Assembly: GCA_025458915.1 (NCBI GenBank) | Contig: JALORL010000004.1 | Span: 1,329 to 65,328 of the forward strand | Length of the DNA stretch: 64,000 nucleotides | Direction: 5' to 3' | Origin: Hydrogenophaga sp. | GTDB taxonomy: Bacteria; Pseudomonadota; Gammaproteobacteria; Burkholderiales; Burkholderiaceae_C | Shown: one piece after another, positions 24,526 to 37,693 of the stretch | How positions within the stretch are numbered: position 1 is the first letter of the stretch | Layout of the letters: every line of letters begins with the position of its first letter | Made by a program: the position numbers and the translations under genes | Notes under the pieces: model-generated | Database searches by the model: none | The model's input: only the letters and a program-made list of their open reading frames with translations | Told to the model about the DNA's origin: nothing

Positions 24526-24711
24526 GGAGCCTCCTTCAAAAAGTGAAGCACCCATGCTAATGGCCGTGCGGCTTACATTCTGGGTGGTCCCGTAAGAGCG
24601 GTAACGATATGCACCAGCCGAACCATGCGGAACGACAAAGTGAAACTGGGAGAATCCGCGGATACTCCCAACTGGCGCAGACACTGCGCACGACCGACCC
24701 AGAACGTGCCC

Positions 24712-25563
24712 ATGGCCCACCACTGGATACTGCAAGCTGCGCCCCCGGTTCTCCATACCGTTTCGCTCGACCAGGTGCACGCCTTGCTGCAGGTGATGGG
24801 CCAGGGACACCAGCATGCGGTGGCCGAAAGGCTGCTGGCCTTGCTGGGAGCGCATGTGCCCCTCGCACAGTGCACGGTTTTTTCGTTCGAAGGCGCGCGC
24901 GCGCCGCGCACCGTGGCGGTGGGCGACCGTTCGCGCACCCAGGCACTGGCGGACATCTCGACGGCCTACACCACCCGGTTTTACCGGCTCGATGGCATCA
25001 CCGAGTTGATGCGCTGCGAGTTGGCGGCTGCACGGCGGGCGGGGGCGCTGCAGCCGCGCATCGTGATGCACCGGCAGCGGGCCACCGACGTGATCCACCG
25101 GGAGTACCGCCGGGTGTGCTATGAGCTTCCGCAGGTGGCCGAACGGCTGGCGGTGATGGCCTTGTACGAAGGGCGGCGCTGGCTGTCGATCAATCTGTAT
25201 CGGGGCAATGAGCATGGGCTGTTTGACCATGCAGCCGTCCAGACGATTGAGGCATTTGCGCCTCTGATCGTTCAGGCCGTGCGCCTGCACCATGGCGGAC
25301 AGAGCGTGCACCGTGAACCCGGCGACGTGTTGCTGGCAAGGCTGCAATCAAGGCATCCGCAGCTCACCCCGCGCGATGCCGATGTGCTGCGCTGCCTCCT
25401 CGATGGCAGGAGCACGATTGCCATGGCGGAGCTGCTGGGCCTGACGCTTTCCAGTGCGCGGACCTATCTCAAGCGGCTGTACCGCAAGCTCGGCGTTTCG
25501 GGGCAGCGGGAGCTCCTGGGGCTGTTGCTCGAACCTGTTGCGCCAATCGATTCGCCGGGTTGA
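24712..25563 (+). CDS. LuxR-family HTH transcriptional regulator with GAF-like N-terminal region
   Basis: C-terminal LTPRDADVLRCLLDG..TYLKRLYRKLGVSGQREL. Confidence 0.85.
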   Translation: MAHHWILQAAPPVLHTVSLDQVHALLQVMGQGHQHAVAERLLALLGAHVPLAQCTVFSFEGARAPRTVAVGDRSRTQALADISTAYTTRFYRLDGITELMRCELAAARRAGALQPRIVMHRQRATDVIHREYRRVCYELPQVAERLAVMALYEGRRWLSINLYRGNEHGLFDHAAVQTIEAFAPLIVQAVRLHHGGQSVHREPGDVLLARLQSRHPQLTPRDADVLRCLLDGRSTIAMAELLGLTLSSARTYLKRLYRKLGVSGQRELLGLLLEPVAPIDSPG

Positions 25564-25585
25564 TATGTTCCCAAATGGGGACATA
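25564..25585. promoter_or_regulatory. Palindromic putative operator upstream of the monooxygenase
   Basis: TATGTTCCC-AAAT-GGGGACATA, one mismatch. Confidence 0.55.
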
Positions 25586-25679
25586 AGGCGCTCTCTTCAG
25601 ACCTAGACTGCGTGGAGCAGCGGGCTTTCCTATTCGGTGGGGTCCATCCGCATTTGGTTGTTCACCAAGGTGTTGTTCC

Positions 25680-27407
25680 ATGCACGTTCCAGCGGCCGAA
25701 CCAAGGCCTTCCCTCTACTACCGGCACGAAGTGTTCACACCCTGGCTGGCCAGTTCGCATCCTCCGCAGCCGGTGGCACCGGTGGTGGTCGCCGGTGCCG
25801 GCCCCATCGGGCTGGTGACTGCGCTGGCCCTGGCCCAGCAGGGCGTGCGCTGCGTGGTGCTGGAGTCCGAGCGGCAGGTGTGCGAGGGCAGTCGGGCCAT
25901 CGTGTTCACACGCCGGTCCATGGAAATCCTGCAGCAGGTGGGCGTGGCGGACGCAGTGACCGCTCAGGGGCTTGCCTGGCGCATCGGGCATTCGTTCTAC
26001 CGGGACCAGCGGGTGTACCGCATGGAGGCCCCCCATGACCCGGACGATCGGTTTTTTCCCATGATCAATCTTCAGCAGCAGTACCTGGAGGAAATCCTGG
26101 TGCGTGCCGCGCAGGCGCACCCGCTGGTCGAGCTGCGCTGGGGCAACCGGGTGGTGGGCCTGCAGCAGACCGAGGCGTTGGCCCAGTTGGAGGTGGACAC
26201 CCCGGAAGGTCCGTACACCTTGCAGACCCGGTGGCTGGTGGCGGCCGATGGCGCGCGCTCCGGCCTGCGCGGGCTGTTGAACCTCAAGCTGGAGGGGGCT
26301 TCCTACGAGGGCCGCTTCGTGATTGCAGACATTCGGGTGGACCTGCCGTTGCCCACCGAACGGTTGGCCTTCTTCGACCCGCCGTGGAACCCTGGCAACA
26401 CCATCCTCATGCACCGAGAACCGCACGGCATCTGGCGGGTGGACTACCAGCTCCCGCCAGGTGAAAGCCCGGAGCAGGCGTTGCAACCGGAATCGTTGAG
26501 CGAGCGCATCAACGCGCAGCTGGCGATGATCGGCCACGCTGGTGCACCCTGGGAAATGGATTGGTGTTCGGTGTATTCGGCGCGTGCGCTCACGCTGCCC
26601 GACTATGTGCATGGCCGCGTGCTGTTTGTGGGCGATGCGGCCCACCTGTTGCCCATCTTTGGCGTGCGCGGGGCCAACACCGGATTTCAGGATGCCCAGG
26701 CCCTGGCCTGGCGGCTGGCGTTGGTGGCGAAAGGGCTTGCCGACCCGCAACTGCTGGTGACCTACAGCCAAGAACGCGTGGGCGCAGCGCGCGAGATCAT
26801 CGACGAGGCTGGCAAGAGTACCCGCTTCATGACTCCACCTTCACGCGGTTTCCGGCTGTTGCGCGATGCAGTGCTGTCGCTTTCGCTGACGCAGCCCTTC
26901 GTGGGGCCGCTGTTTCACTGGCGGACTTCGCGTGCCCACGAATACCGCGACTCCACCGCGAACAGCCCGGATACCTGGCGAGGGATGTTTTCTGGCGGCT
27001 TCGTTCCAGGGGCGCCGGCGCAAAACATCTGCCTGGGACCCGATGACCATCTGTTCGACCACCTCACACATGGTTTCACGCTGCTGTGGTTCAGCAACGA
27101 AAACCACTTGCCGCAGGCGGTGCGTACCGCCCAGAACCGCTGGCAGGCTCGTGGGTTGTCGCTGAAGCTGCTGGTGGTGGGGCACGGGGAGGTGGACGGC
27201 GCCGACCGGTCGTTTGATGATCCGCAAGGGCATTTTCGGGAACGCTATGGTGTCCGGGCGCCGGCGGCCGCCTATCTGCTGCGCCCCGATCACCATGTGT
27301 GCGCCCGATGGTCGGCGCAAAACGCCACAGCGCTGGCAGCAGCCCTCGGGCAGGAACTGGGAGGAGCGCTTTCGCGCGCCTGCTCCTTGGAAGGAGAAAC
27401 GGCATGA
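25680..27407 (+). CDS. FAD-dependent aromatic monooxygenase (MhpA/PheA-like, group A)
   Basis: GAGPIG, AADGARS, GDAAH..PIFGVRGANTG, C-terminal LLRPDHHV. Confidence 0.9.
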   Translation: MHVPAAEPRPSLYYRHEVFTPWLASSHPPQPVAPVVVAGAGPIGLVTALALAQQGVRCVVLESERQVCEGSRAIVFTRRSMEILQQVGVADAVTAQGLAWRIGHSFYRDQRVYRMEAPHDPDDRFFPMINLQQQYLEEILVRAAQAHPLVELRWGNRVVGLQQTEALAQLEVDTPEGPYTLQTRWLVAADGARSGLRGLLNLKLEGASYEGRFVIADIRVDLPLPTERLAFFDPPWNPGNTILMHREPHGIWRVDYQLPPGESPEQALQPESLSERINAQLAMIGHAGAPWEMDWCSVYSARALTLPDYVHGRVLFVGDAAHLLPIFGVRGANTGFQDAQALAWRLALVAKGLADPQLLVTYSQERVGAAREIIDEAGKSTRFMTPPSRGFRLLRDAVLSLSLTQPFVGPLFHWRTSRAHEYRDSTANSPDTWRGMFSGGFVPGAPAQNICLGPDDHLFDHLTHGFTLLWFSNENHLPQAVRTAQNRWQARGLSLKLLVVGHGEVDGADRSFDDPQGHFRERYGVRAPAAAYLLRPDHHVCARWSAQNATALAAALGQELGGALSRACSLEGETA

Positions 27408-27595
27408 ACCCCGTCAACACCCTGGATGTGGCCGGGCTGGAGCAGGTATACGATGCGCTGGCGCAGGCCATCGACCAGGTTGGCGAGTCCCGCAGCGAAT
27501 TGTTCCTGGTCAAGCTTGCCTTGCTCAACGCCCGCGCCTTGGGAGACCCTGCCCCGTTTCTGGAGCATGTTCAGGCAGCGTTGCAGGATCTGTAG
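27404..27595 (+). CDS. Small DUF2783-like protein
   Basis: [20 protein letters not shown]; ATGA overlap with monooxygenase stop. Confidence 0.75.
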   Translation: MNPVNTLDVAGLEQVYDALAQAIDQVGESRSELFLVKLALLNARALGDPAPFLEHVQAALQDL

Positions 27596-27710
27596 GCGAG
27601 GACAGATTGCCGGGCCGGATGCCGCCGGTCTGCCGGGTGGCGTTGAACGGGCCCAGACAACGACAGGGAAAGGGGCCAAACCTTACACTTCAAGGCTACC
27701 CAAGGCACCC

Positions 27711-30083
<2,373 letters not shown>

Positions 30084-30108
30084 TGGGTTTGTCGGGGTTG
30101 CGAAGGGG

Positions 30109-30138
30109 TCCTTTATGGCGCAAAATGCGCCAAAAGGA
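30109..30138. promoter_or_regulatory. Inverted repeat over the RBS of the TA operon (putative operator)
   Basis: TCCTTT-A-TGGCGCA-AAA-TGCGCCA-AAAGGA. Confidence 0.6.
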
Positions 30139-30145
30139 GTCATGC

Positions 30146-30502
30146 ATGTCGTCGTCCAGCAGTGCCTTTGCTTCCGTGAAACTGCCTGCGTCCCTGGTGC
30201 AACAGGCGCGCGAAGCGGCCCAGCCGCAACGACGCTCCGTGGCTGGCCAGATCGAGTACTGGGCCACGCTGGGCCGCATTGCCGACGAAACCGGCCTGAC
30301 GGTGGCCGAAGCGCGCGAAGCCATTGCCCTGTACGACGTGCGCCAGGGCGCGGCTGTCAACGCAGTCCCTGCCGAGGATTCGCTGGATGCGATTGAAAAC
30401 CGCTTCACGGCGGCCGAAGAAAGCGGACGTCTGGCCCGGGCCATCCGCAACACCGTGCTGAGCAACCGGCGCAAGGCTGCCCCGCCGCGCCGCGCCGCCT
30501 GA
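30146..30502 (+). CDS. ParD-like (RHH-type) putative antitoxin
   Basis: SVKLP..LV..AR..A...RRSVAGQIEYWATLGR signature. Confidence 0.8.
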   Translation: MSSSSSAFASVKLPASLVQQAREAAQPQRRSVAGQIEYWATLGRIADETGLTVAEAREAIALYDVRQGAAVNAVPAEDSLDAIENRFTAAEESGRLARAIRNTVLSNRRKAAPPRRAA

Positions 30503-30506
30503 CGGT

Positions 30507-31124
30507 TTGTCACGACCGGTTTTCTATCTGCTGGCCGGACCCAATGGGGCCGGCAAGTCCACGCTGTACTCGGCTGCCGTGCGTGAAGGCCTGATTCCGG
30601 CGGGCGCGCCGTTCGTGAACGCTGACCTGTACGCGGCGGCGAACCTGCAGCACGTGGCCGATCCTCTGGAACGTTCGCAGCAGGCCCGCACCTGGGCCGA
30701 TGCGCAGCGCGCCCTGTGCCTGCGCGATGGGCAGACCTTCGCCAGCGAAACCGTGTTCTCGCATCCCTCCAAGCTGGTGCTTATCGACCAGGCCCGTGCC
30801 GCCGGGTTCGACGTGGCGCTGCTGGTTGTTTGTGTGGACGACCCGAAGCTGTTGCTCGACCGCGTGGCCGGCCGGGTGCTGGAAGGCGGCCACGCCGTGC
30901 CCCCGGAGCGGGTGCTGGCGCGCTACCCACGAACCCTCGGGAACCTGGCGCTGGCCGTTCGGCGCGCCGATCTGGCGTTGCTGTACGACACCACGGCGGT
31001 GCCCCGCAGTGCCGTGGCCCCGCACCGGCTGGTGGCGCGTTGCCGCAAAGGCGAGCTGCGGTGGCGTGCTGACCGGTTGCCCGCGTGGGCCAACACCCTG
31101 CTGGCAACCCATTCGGCCCCTTGA
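30507..31124 (+). CDS. Zeta-toxin-like P-loop kinase/ATPase
   Basis: LAGPNGAGKST, FVNAD, ETVFSHPSK, RV..GGH.VP; TTG start 4 nt after antitoxin stop. Confidence 0.82.
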   Translation: MSRPVFYLLAGPNGAGKSTLYSAAVREGLIPAGAPFVNADLYAAANLQHVADPLERSQQARTWADAQRALCLRDGQTFASETVFSHPSKLVLIDQARAAGFDVALLVVCVDDPKLLLDRVAGRVLEGGHAVPPERVLARYPRTLGNLALAVRRADLALLYDTTAVPRSAVAPHRLVARCRKGELRWRADRLPAWANTLLATHSAP

Positions 31125-31147
31125 TCGCCGGACTTCCGGCCAGAGGA

Positions 31148-32068
31148 TCAGCCGGTCAACGTGTAGAGCGGAATGTCCTGGGCCACCGAGAGCTTGTCGA
31201 GCTGCTTGCGGGTCTGGCTGGCGAAGAACTGCGCAATGGTGGTATGGGTTTGCGGCAGGAACATGGCACGAAGGTCGGCAGCCGGAATCCCCGCCACCTT
31301 GCAGAGGGCCAGCGCGAAATGCGGCTCCAGCGCAGCCACCGCCACGCGCCCGTCCTTGCAGGGGTAGACGCGGTACCCCGCGTGTGCGCCACCCACTGCT
31401 CCTTTTGGCTGGGTGAGACCCCAGGTACGGGGCAGGGCCAGCCAGTGCGCGGCGTCCGACAAGGCCACCTCCTGAAAGCTGCCCTTGCCGGTGGTCCGCT
31501 GATGCAGCATGGCTTTCAAAGCCGCTTCGCTGGCCATGAGGGCGCCGCCCATGTCGGCATACAGCGTGGGCGGAAGACCAAGCTCGGTGATCAGCCCGGC
31601 CTCTGCCAGATAGGTGAGGTCGTGCCCGGGTTCTTCGGCACGTTCTCCCGGCGCTCCCACGATGGCCACCACCGACAGGGTCGGGTAGCGCTTGTGCAGC
31701 ACCTTCCAGCTCAGGCCCAGCTTGGCCAGTGCCGAGGGGCGGAACGAGGTGAGCAGCAGGTCGGTGCGGGTGAGTTGCTTGTGCAACGCCGCCTGGCCTT
31801 TGTCCGACTTCAGGTCGATGGTCAGCACCTTGATGCCTTGGTGCAGCGTTTTGTAGGCGGTCGGGTTGTACTGGCCCATCGGGTCGCCGCTGGTGCCGGT
31901 GGGCATTCCCCTGGGGGCCGGAGGTTCGGCTTTGGTGCAGGTGGCACCCATAGCCCTGAGGCGCATGAACGCTGCAGGGCCGGGGAGGTTGAGTGCCAGG
32001 CTCAGGACGCGCACCCCGCGCAGGGGTTTCAACACAGGGGCAGGGCGGGTGGCCGTGGAGGGGCTCAT
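31148..32068 (-). CDS. CaiB/BaiF family III CoA-transferase/racemase-like protein
   Basis: LRGVRVLSLALNLPGP, IDLKS, SFRP, GHDLTY, ADMGG. Confidence 0.88.
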   Translation of the reverse strand: MSPSTATRPAPVLKPLRGVRVLSLALNLPGPAAFMRLRAMGATCTKAEPPAPRGMPTGTSGDPMGQYNPTAYKTLHQGIKVLTIDLKSDKGQAALHKQLTRTDLLLTSFRPSALAKLGLSWKVLHKRYPTLSVVAIVGAPGERAEEPGHDLTYLAEAGLITELGLPPTLYADMGGALMASEAALKAMLHQRTTGKGSFQEVALSDAAHWLALPRTWGLTQPKGAVGGAHAGYRVYPCKDGRVAVAALEPHFALALCKVAGIPAADLRAMFLPQTHTTIAQFFASQTRKQLDKLSVAQDIPLYTLTG

Positions 32069-32175
32069 GGGCGATTCGGGTGAATGGCGAAGCATTTCAA
32101 TTTACCCGCTCCCCGTGCTTTTGATGCGCAAACGGGCGACAGCGTCGCCCCGGGCCTCGGTGTGGTCGCCCATCT

Positions 32176-33393
<1,218 letters not shown>

Positions 33394-33507
33394 TCAGGCC
33401 ATGTGCATTTGCCAAGGGCTGCAGGTTGCAACCCTTCCCACGAGCTTATGAACGCCTCGCTTTCCGGGCAACGGCCTTGAGCGACCGATGCGCGTTGCGT
33501 GGAGTGT

Positions 33508-33526
33508 TTGTGCGATCATCGCGCAA
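33508..33526. promoter_or_regulatory. PobR/PcaR-type IclR operator
   Basis: TTGTGCGAT-C-ATCGCGCAA palindrome between divergent pobA and regulator. Confidence 0.75.
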
Positions 33527-33556
33527 CGGCGCTGTTGGCGCGTCTGGAACGATCGC

Positions 33557-34339
33557 ATGGATCACCACCCACACCCCATCGCCAAGGCCGATTTCATCGA
33601 AGGCATTGCCAAGGGCATGGCGGTGCTGGAGAGCTTCGACACCGAACGCCAGCGCCTGAACGCCACACAGGCTGCCGAGCGCGCCGGCCTCACGCGCGCG
33701 GCCGCGCGCCGGCACCTGCTCACGCTTGCGCATCTGGGCTACCTGGACACGGACGGCAGCCACTACTGGCTGTCGGCCAAGGTGCTGCGGTTTTCCGGAA
33801 GCTACCTGTCGTCGGCTCGGTTGCCGCGCCTGCTGCAACCCACGCTGAACCGGCTGGCAGCGCAATCGCGCGAATCGTTTTCGGCCGTGGTGCTGGACGG
33901 CGACGAGGTGGTCATCGTGGCGCGCAGTGCGGCGTCTGGCGGGCAGCGGCTCATGCCCTACGGCTTGCATCTTGGCGCGCGCTTGCCGGCCCACGCGACC
34001 TCCACCGGGCGGGTGCTGCTGGCGGGGCATTCGCGCACTGCGTTGTCGGCCTGGCTCAAGGGCAGGGAGTTGCGGCGGCTCACGCCGCTCACCACGGTGG
34101 AGCCCAAGAAACTGCGTATGGTGATCGAGCGCGTGCGCCAGGATGACTTCTGCGTGGCCAGCGAGGAGCACGAGCTGGGCGTGCACGCCCTGGCCATTCC
34201 CTTGCGCAACATGCGGGGACAGACGGTGGCGGCGCTCAACGTGGTGGCAGCACCCGACCGGCTGGCGCCCGAGGCCATGCGGCAGGATCTCCTGCCCTTG
34301 CTGCTGGATGCGGCGCGAGAGCTTCGCCCACTCCTGTAG
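33557..34339 (+). CDS. pobR: IclR family regulator (PobR/PcaR type)
   Basis: GLTRAAARRHLLTL HTH, GARLPAHATSTGRVLLA, EHELGV; divergent from pobA. Confidence 0.85.
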   Translation: MDHHPHPIAKADFIEGIAKGMAVLESFDTERQRLNATQAAERAGLTRAAARRHLLTLAHLGYLDTDGSHYWLSAKVLRFSGSYLSSARLPRLLQPTLNRLAAQSRESFSAVVLDGDEVVIVARSAASGGQRLMPYGLHLGARLPAHATSTGRVLLAGHSRTALSAWLKGRELRRLTPLTTVEPKKLRMVIERVRQDDFCVASEEHELGVHALAIPLRNMRGQTVAALNVVAAPDRLAPEAMRQDLLPLLLDAARELRPLL

Positions 34340-34399
34340 GCGGACGCAAGGTCGTCGTTCAGAAGGGAGCGGCTGCCAGCGCAGGCGCAGCGTGGGCAG

Positions 34400-34993
34400 T
34401 CACGTCCATTCCGCGACGGCGCGTTCGATGCGCCGGCAGAATGTGTGTACCTCTTTGGGGGCAAGCCGTTCGGCCCGGTAGAGAGACAGCATTTGCAGTC
34501 GGCATTGGGGCGCACAGGTGCCCAGCAGGGCCGTCTTGAGAACCCGCTTTACGGGCCGCCGCAGTACCCAGCGGTCCACCCACCACGGCGATCCCAGGGA
34601 AGTGATGGCCAGAGCGGTGCGCAACCGGAGAAGCCGCGCCTGGATGGCACCAAGATCGGCGCCATGATCGTAGGCAATGCCCGGGGCCCAGACGCGATCA
34701 AACCAACCTTTGAGCACGGCGGGAAAACCGAACCACCAGGTCGGAAAAACCAGCACCAGGGCCTCGGCAGACGCCAGGCGGTCGATCTGCTCTTGAAGGG
34801 CGGTGGTGTCGAAGGCAGCGCCGTAGTAGCTCTGCCGCTCCTGAAGCGTCAATGCTGGCTCGAAACCGCTGGCGTAAAGGTCTTCGATCATGACCTCATG
34901 GCCATGGTTTTCCAAGGCGGTGATGGCGGTCCGGGCCATGGCATGGCACAGGCTGTCGGTGCTGGGGTGGGCGATGACGACGAGGCATTTCAT
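34400..34993 (-). CDS. Flavodoxin-like NAD(P)H:quinone oxidoreductase
   Basis: VIAHP..SL, FPTWWFGFPAVLKGWFDRVW. Confidence 0.88.
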   Translation of the reverse strand: MKCLVVIAHPSTDSLCHAMARTAITALENHGHEVMIEDLYASGFEPALTLQERQSYYGAAFDTTALQEQIDRLASAEALVLVFPTWWFGFPAVLKGWFDRVWAPGIAYDHGADLGAIQARLLRLRTALAITSLGSPWWVDRWVLRRPVKRVLKTALLGTCAPQCRLQMLSLYRAERLAPKEVHTFCRRIERAVAEWT

Positions 34994-35075
34994 GGTGCTT
35001 TCCGGGCGCGAGGCACCTGTCGCTCGCGCCGCGGTGCCGATTGCGGTCATCGCACTGTAGCCGCAAGGCGCGGCC

Positions 35076-35792
35076 TCACACCCCCAGGTACTGCTCCAGC
35101 AACGCCGGGCTCGCCAGCAGTTCTTCGGTGCTGCCGTTGAACACCACTTCGCCCTTGACCAGGATCACATTGCAGTCGGTGATCTGGGTCACGTGCTTCC
35201 AGTTCTTGTCCACGATCACGCTGCTGATGCCGGATTCGCGGATCAGCCCGCAGATGCGCCAGATCTCCCGCGCGATCAGGGGCGCCAGGCCCTCGGTGGC
35301 TTCGTCGAGGATGAGCAGGTCTGGGTTGGTCATGAGCGCGCGGCCGATGGTGAGCATCTGCTGCTCGCCGCCGCTGAGCTGCTGCCCACCGTGGTTCAGG
35401 CGTTCGGCCAGGCGGGGGAAGGTCTCCAGCACGCGCTCGTAGGTCCAGTCGCGCTGGCCTTTCGTGCCCGGGCGCGCCGCCATCTGCAGGTTTTCCTTCA
35501 CGCTGAGGTTGCCGAAGATGCCTCGGCCTTCCGGCACATACGCAATGCCCATGCGCGCCACTTCAAACGTGGAGGCCCCTGTCATGGCCCGGCCCTTGAT
35601 GTGCACGCTGCCCGCGCTGGGCTTGACGATGCCCATCAGCGATTTGAGCAGCGTGGTCTTGCCCATGCCGTTGCGGCCCATCAGGCCGATGGTCTGCCCG
35701 GCCTCGACCGTGAAGTCGATGCCGCGCAGGATGTGGCTGGCACCGTAGTGCGTGTTCAAGCCCTTTGTCTCGATGAGAAAGTGCTGCGACAT
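35076..35792 (-). CDS. ABC transporter ATP-binding subunit (LivF-like)
   Basis: GRNGMGKTT, LSGGEQQML, LILDE. Confidence 0.93.
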   Translation of the reverse strand: MSQHFLIETKGLNTHYGASHILRGIDFTVEAGQTIGLMGRNGMGKTTLLKSLMGIVKPSAGSVHIKGRAMTGASTFEVARMGIAYVPEGRGIFGNLSVKENLQMAARPGTKGQRDWTYERVLETFPRLAERLNHGGQQLSGGEQQMLTIGRALMTNPDLLILDEATEGLAPLIAREIWRICGLIRESGISSVIVDKNWKHVTQITDCNVILVKGEVVFNGSTEELLASPALLEQYLGV

Positions 35793-35829
35793 ATCAGCCT
35801 TTTGTGGTGCGAGCAGACGCTGTCCAGCA

Positions 35830-35908
35830 AACACCGTCGAACCGACTTTGCCGGGCGACAGGTGTTGCCCTCTTGAGGGGGTGACGGGCGCAGCCCGGCG
35901 CGGGGGTG
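35830..35908. repeat. REP-like multi-hairpin intergenic element
   Basis: AACACC-GTCG...CGAC-A-GGTGTT stem, CCCTC-TT-GAGGG and CGGGC-GCA-GCCCG hairpins; only one copy in window. Confidence 0.5.
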
Positions 35909-35918
35909 GGCCATCCCT

Positions 35919-36683
35919 TCATGCGTGTTCCTCGCCCAGGTAGGCCGCCTGCACCGCAGGGTCGGCGCGCACGTCGGCCGGCGTGCCGCTGGCAATGACC
36001 TGTCCGTTGACCATCACGGTGAGCTGGTCGGCCAGGGCGAACACCGCGTCCATGTCGTGTTCCACCAGCATCATGGCGTGGTCCTTCTTGATGCGCAGCA
36101 GCAGCGCCACCATGCTCTCGGCCTCGGCCTGGCCCATGCCGGCCAGCGGCTCGTCCAGCAGCAGCACGGTGGGCTCGGTGGCCAGAGTCATGGCGATCTC
36201 GAGCTGGCGCTGTTCGCCGTGGCTGATGGTCGCCGCCACCGTTTGCGTCCGCTGCGTGAGGCCGGCCAGTTCGATGGCACGTTCACAGCGCTGGTTCACC
36301 GTGGCCATGCCGCTGGCTGTTGAGAGCCAGCGCAAGGGGTTCCACGGCGCATGCCGTTCGCGCGACTGGGCGGCCAGCCGCACGTTGTCCCACACGGTGA
36401 AGGGCAGGAAGATGTTGGTCTTCTGGTAGCTGCGGCCCAGGCCCATGCGCGAAATCGTTTCCGGCTTCTTGCCCGCTGTTTCCTGGCCGTTGAGGGTGAT
36501 CGTTCCCGACGTGGGCGGCAGGTCGCCCGAGAGCAGGTTGGTCAGCGTGGATTTGCCTGCGCCGTTGGGTCCGATGACCGCGTGGATGCGGTCGCGGAAC
36601 AGGTCCACCGACACGTCGTTCACTGCGGCCAGGCCGCCGAAGCGTTTGGTGAGGTGGTGGGCTGAGAGCAGCAGGTCGCTCAT
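35919..36683 (-). CDS. ABC transporter ATP-binding subunit (LivG-like)
   Basis: GPNGAGKST, ISHGEQRQLE, LLDEPLAG, VEHDM. Confidence 0.93.
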   Translation of the reverse strand: MSDLLLSAHHLTKRFGGLAAVNDVSVDLFRDRIHAVIGPNGAGKSTLTNLLSGDLPPTSGTITLNGQETAGKKPETISRMGLGRSYQKTNIFLPFTVWDNVRLAAQSRERHAPWNPLRWLSTASGMATVNQRCERAIELAGLTQRTQTVAATISHGEQRQLEIAMTLATEPTVLLLDEPLAGMGQAEAESMVALLLRIKKDHAMMLVEHDMDAVFALADQLTVMVNGQVIASGTPADVRADPAVQAAYLGEEHA

Positions 36684-37675
36684 GGCTTGACCCCGCCCTT
36701 GCCGAAGAGGCGTTCCCCAAGACCCAGCAGTCCGCGCGGCGCCACCAGCACCACCAGCACGATGAAGCCGCCCATGAGCAGCTGCCAGTGCTTGGTGAGG
36801 TCCTTGAAGAAGTGCATCACGTACTCGAACGCGAAGGCGCCCACGATGGCGCCGGCAAAGTTGCCCATGCCGCCGAGGATGATCATCATGATGGCATGCG
36901 CGCTCATGTGGAAACCCATGAGTTCCGGGTTCACGAAACCGGTCTGCGCCGCCCACAGGTAGCCGGCCACGCCCGCCAGCGTGCCCGCCAGCGTGAAGGC
37001 GGCCAGCTTGTAGCCGAAGGTGCCGTAGCCCACGGCGCGCATGCGGTGCTCGTTCACGCGAATGCCTGCCAGCACCCGGCCGAACGGCGAGAAGAGCAGG
37101 CGCCGCAGGAAGGCGTACACCAGCACCAGCACGACCAGTGTGAAATAGAAGAAGGTGGTCTTGTTCTCCAGGTCGAAGCCCTGCCAGCCCAGGATGGACG
37201 CGTCGGGCCGGAAGTACACGTAGATGCCGTCGGAACCCCCCAGGTTCTTGTTGTCGAAGAACAGGAAGAACACCATCTGGGCGAAGGCCATCGTCACCAT
37301 GATGAAGTAGATGCCGTGCGTGCGCACCACGAAGAAGCCGATCACCAGCGCCGCCAGCCCGGCCCCCAGCGCAGACAGCGGCAGCGACCACCAGAGGCTG
37401 ATGGGGGTGTCGGCCGGCGTGAGGAAGGCCAGCGCGTAACCCGCCAGACCGAAGTAGGCCGCATGCCCGAGCGACACCAGGCCGGTTACGCCCTGCAGCA
37501 GGTCCAGGCTCATGGCGAAGATCGCCAGAATCATCATTTGCGACAGCATCTGCAGGTAGAAGTCCGAGCCGGTGATTGGCACGAACGGGAACACGGCCAG
37601 CGCCACGGCGCCGAGGGCCAGCAGCACCTGCACACCCTGGGGCAGTTGTTCGAGTTGGGCTTTGGGGGAACTCAT
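36680..37675 (-). CDS. ABC transporter permease (LivM-like)
   Basis: GLVSLGHAAYFG, GIYFIMVT, ILGGMG. Confidence 0.92.
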   Translation of the reverse strand: MSSPKAQLEQLPQGVQVLLALGAVALAVFPFVPITGSDFYLQMLSQMMILAIFAMSLDLLQGVTGLVSLGHAAYFGLAGYALAFLTPADTPISLWWSLPLSALGAGLAALVIGFFVVRTHGIYFIMVTMAFAQMVFFLFFDNKNLGGSDGIYVYFRPDASILGWQGFDLENKTTFFYFTLVVLVLVYAFLRRLLFSPFGRVLAGIRVNEHRMRAVGYGTFGYKLAAFTLAGTLAGVAGYLWAAQTGFVNPELMGFHMSAHAIMMIILGGMGNFAGAIVGAFAFEYVMHFFKDLTKHWQLLMGGFIVLVVLVAPRGLLGLGERLFGKGGVKP

Positions 37676-37693
37676 CTTGTTCTCAGTGCACGT

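Noticed and set aside
24526-25347. 452-aa version of the bactofilin ORF suggesting a large N-terminal extension
   Set aside because: The extension is antisense to the LuxR gene; the real start is the ATG at 24525 with a GGAGG RBS.
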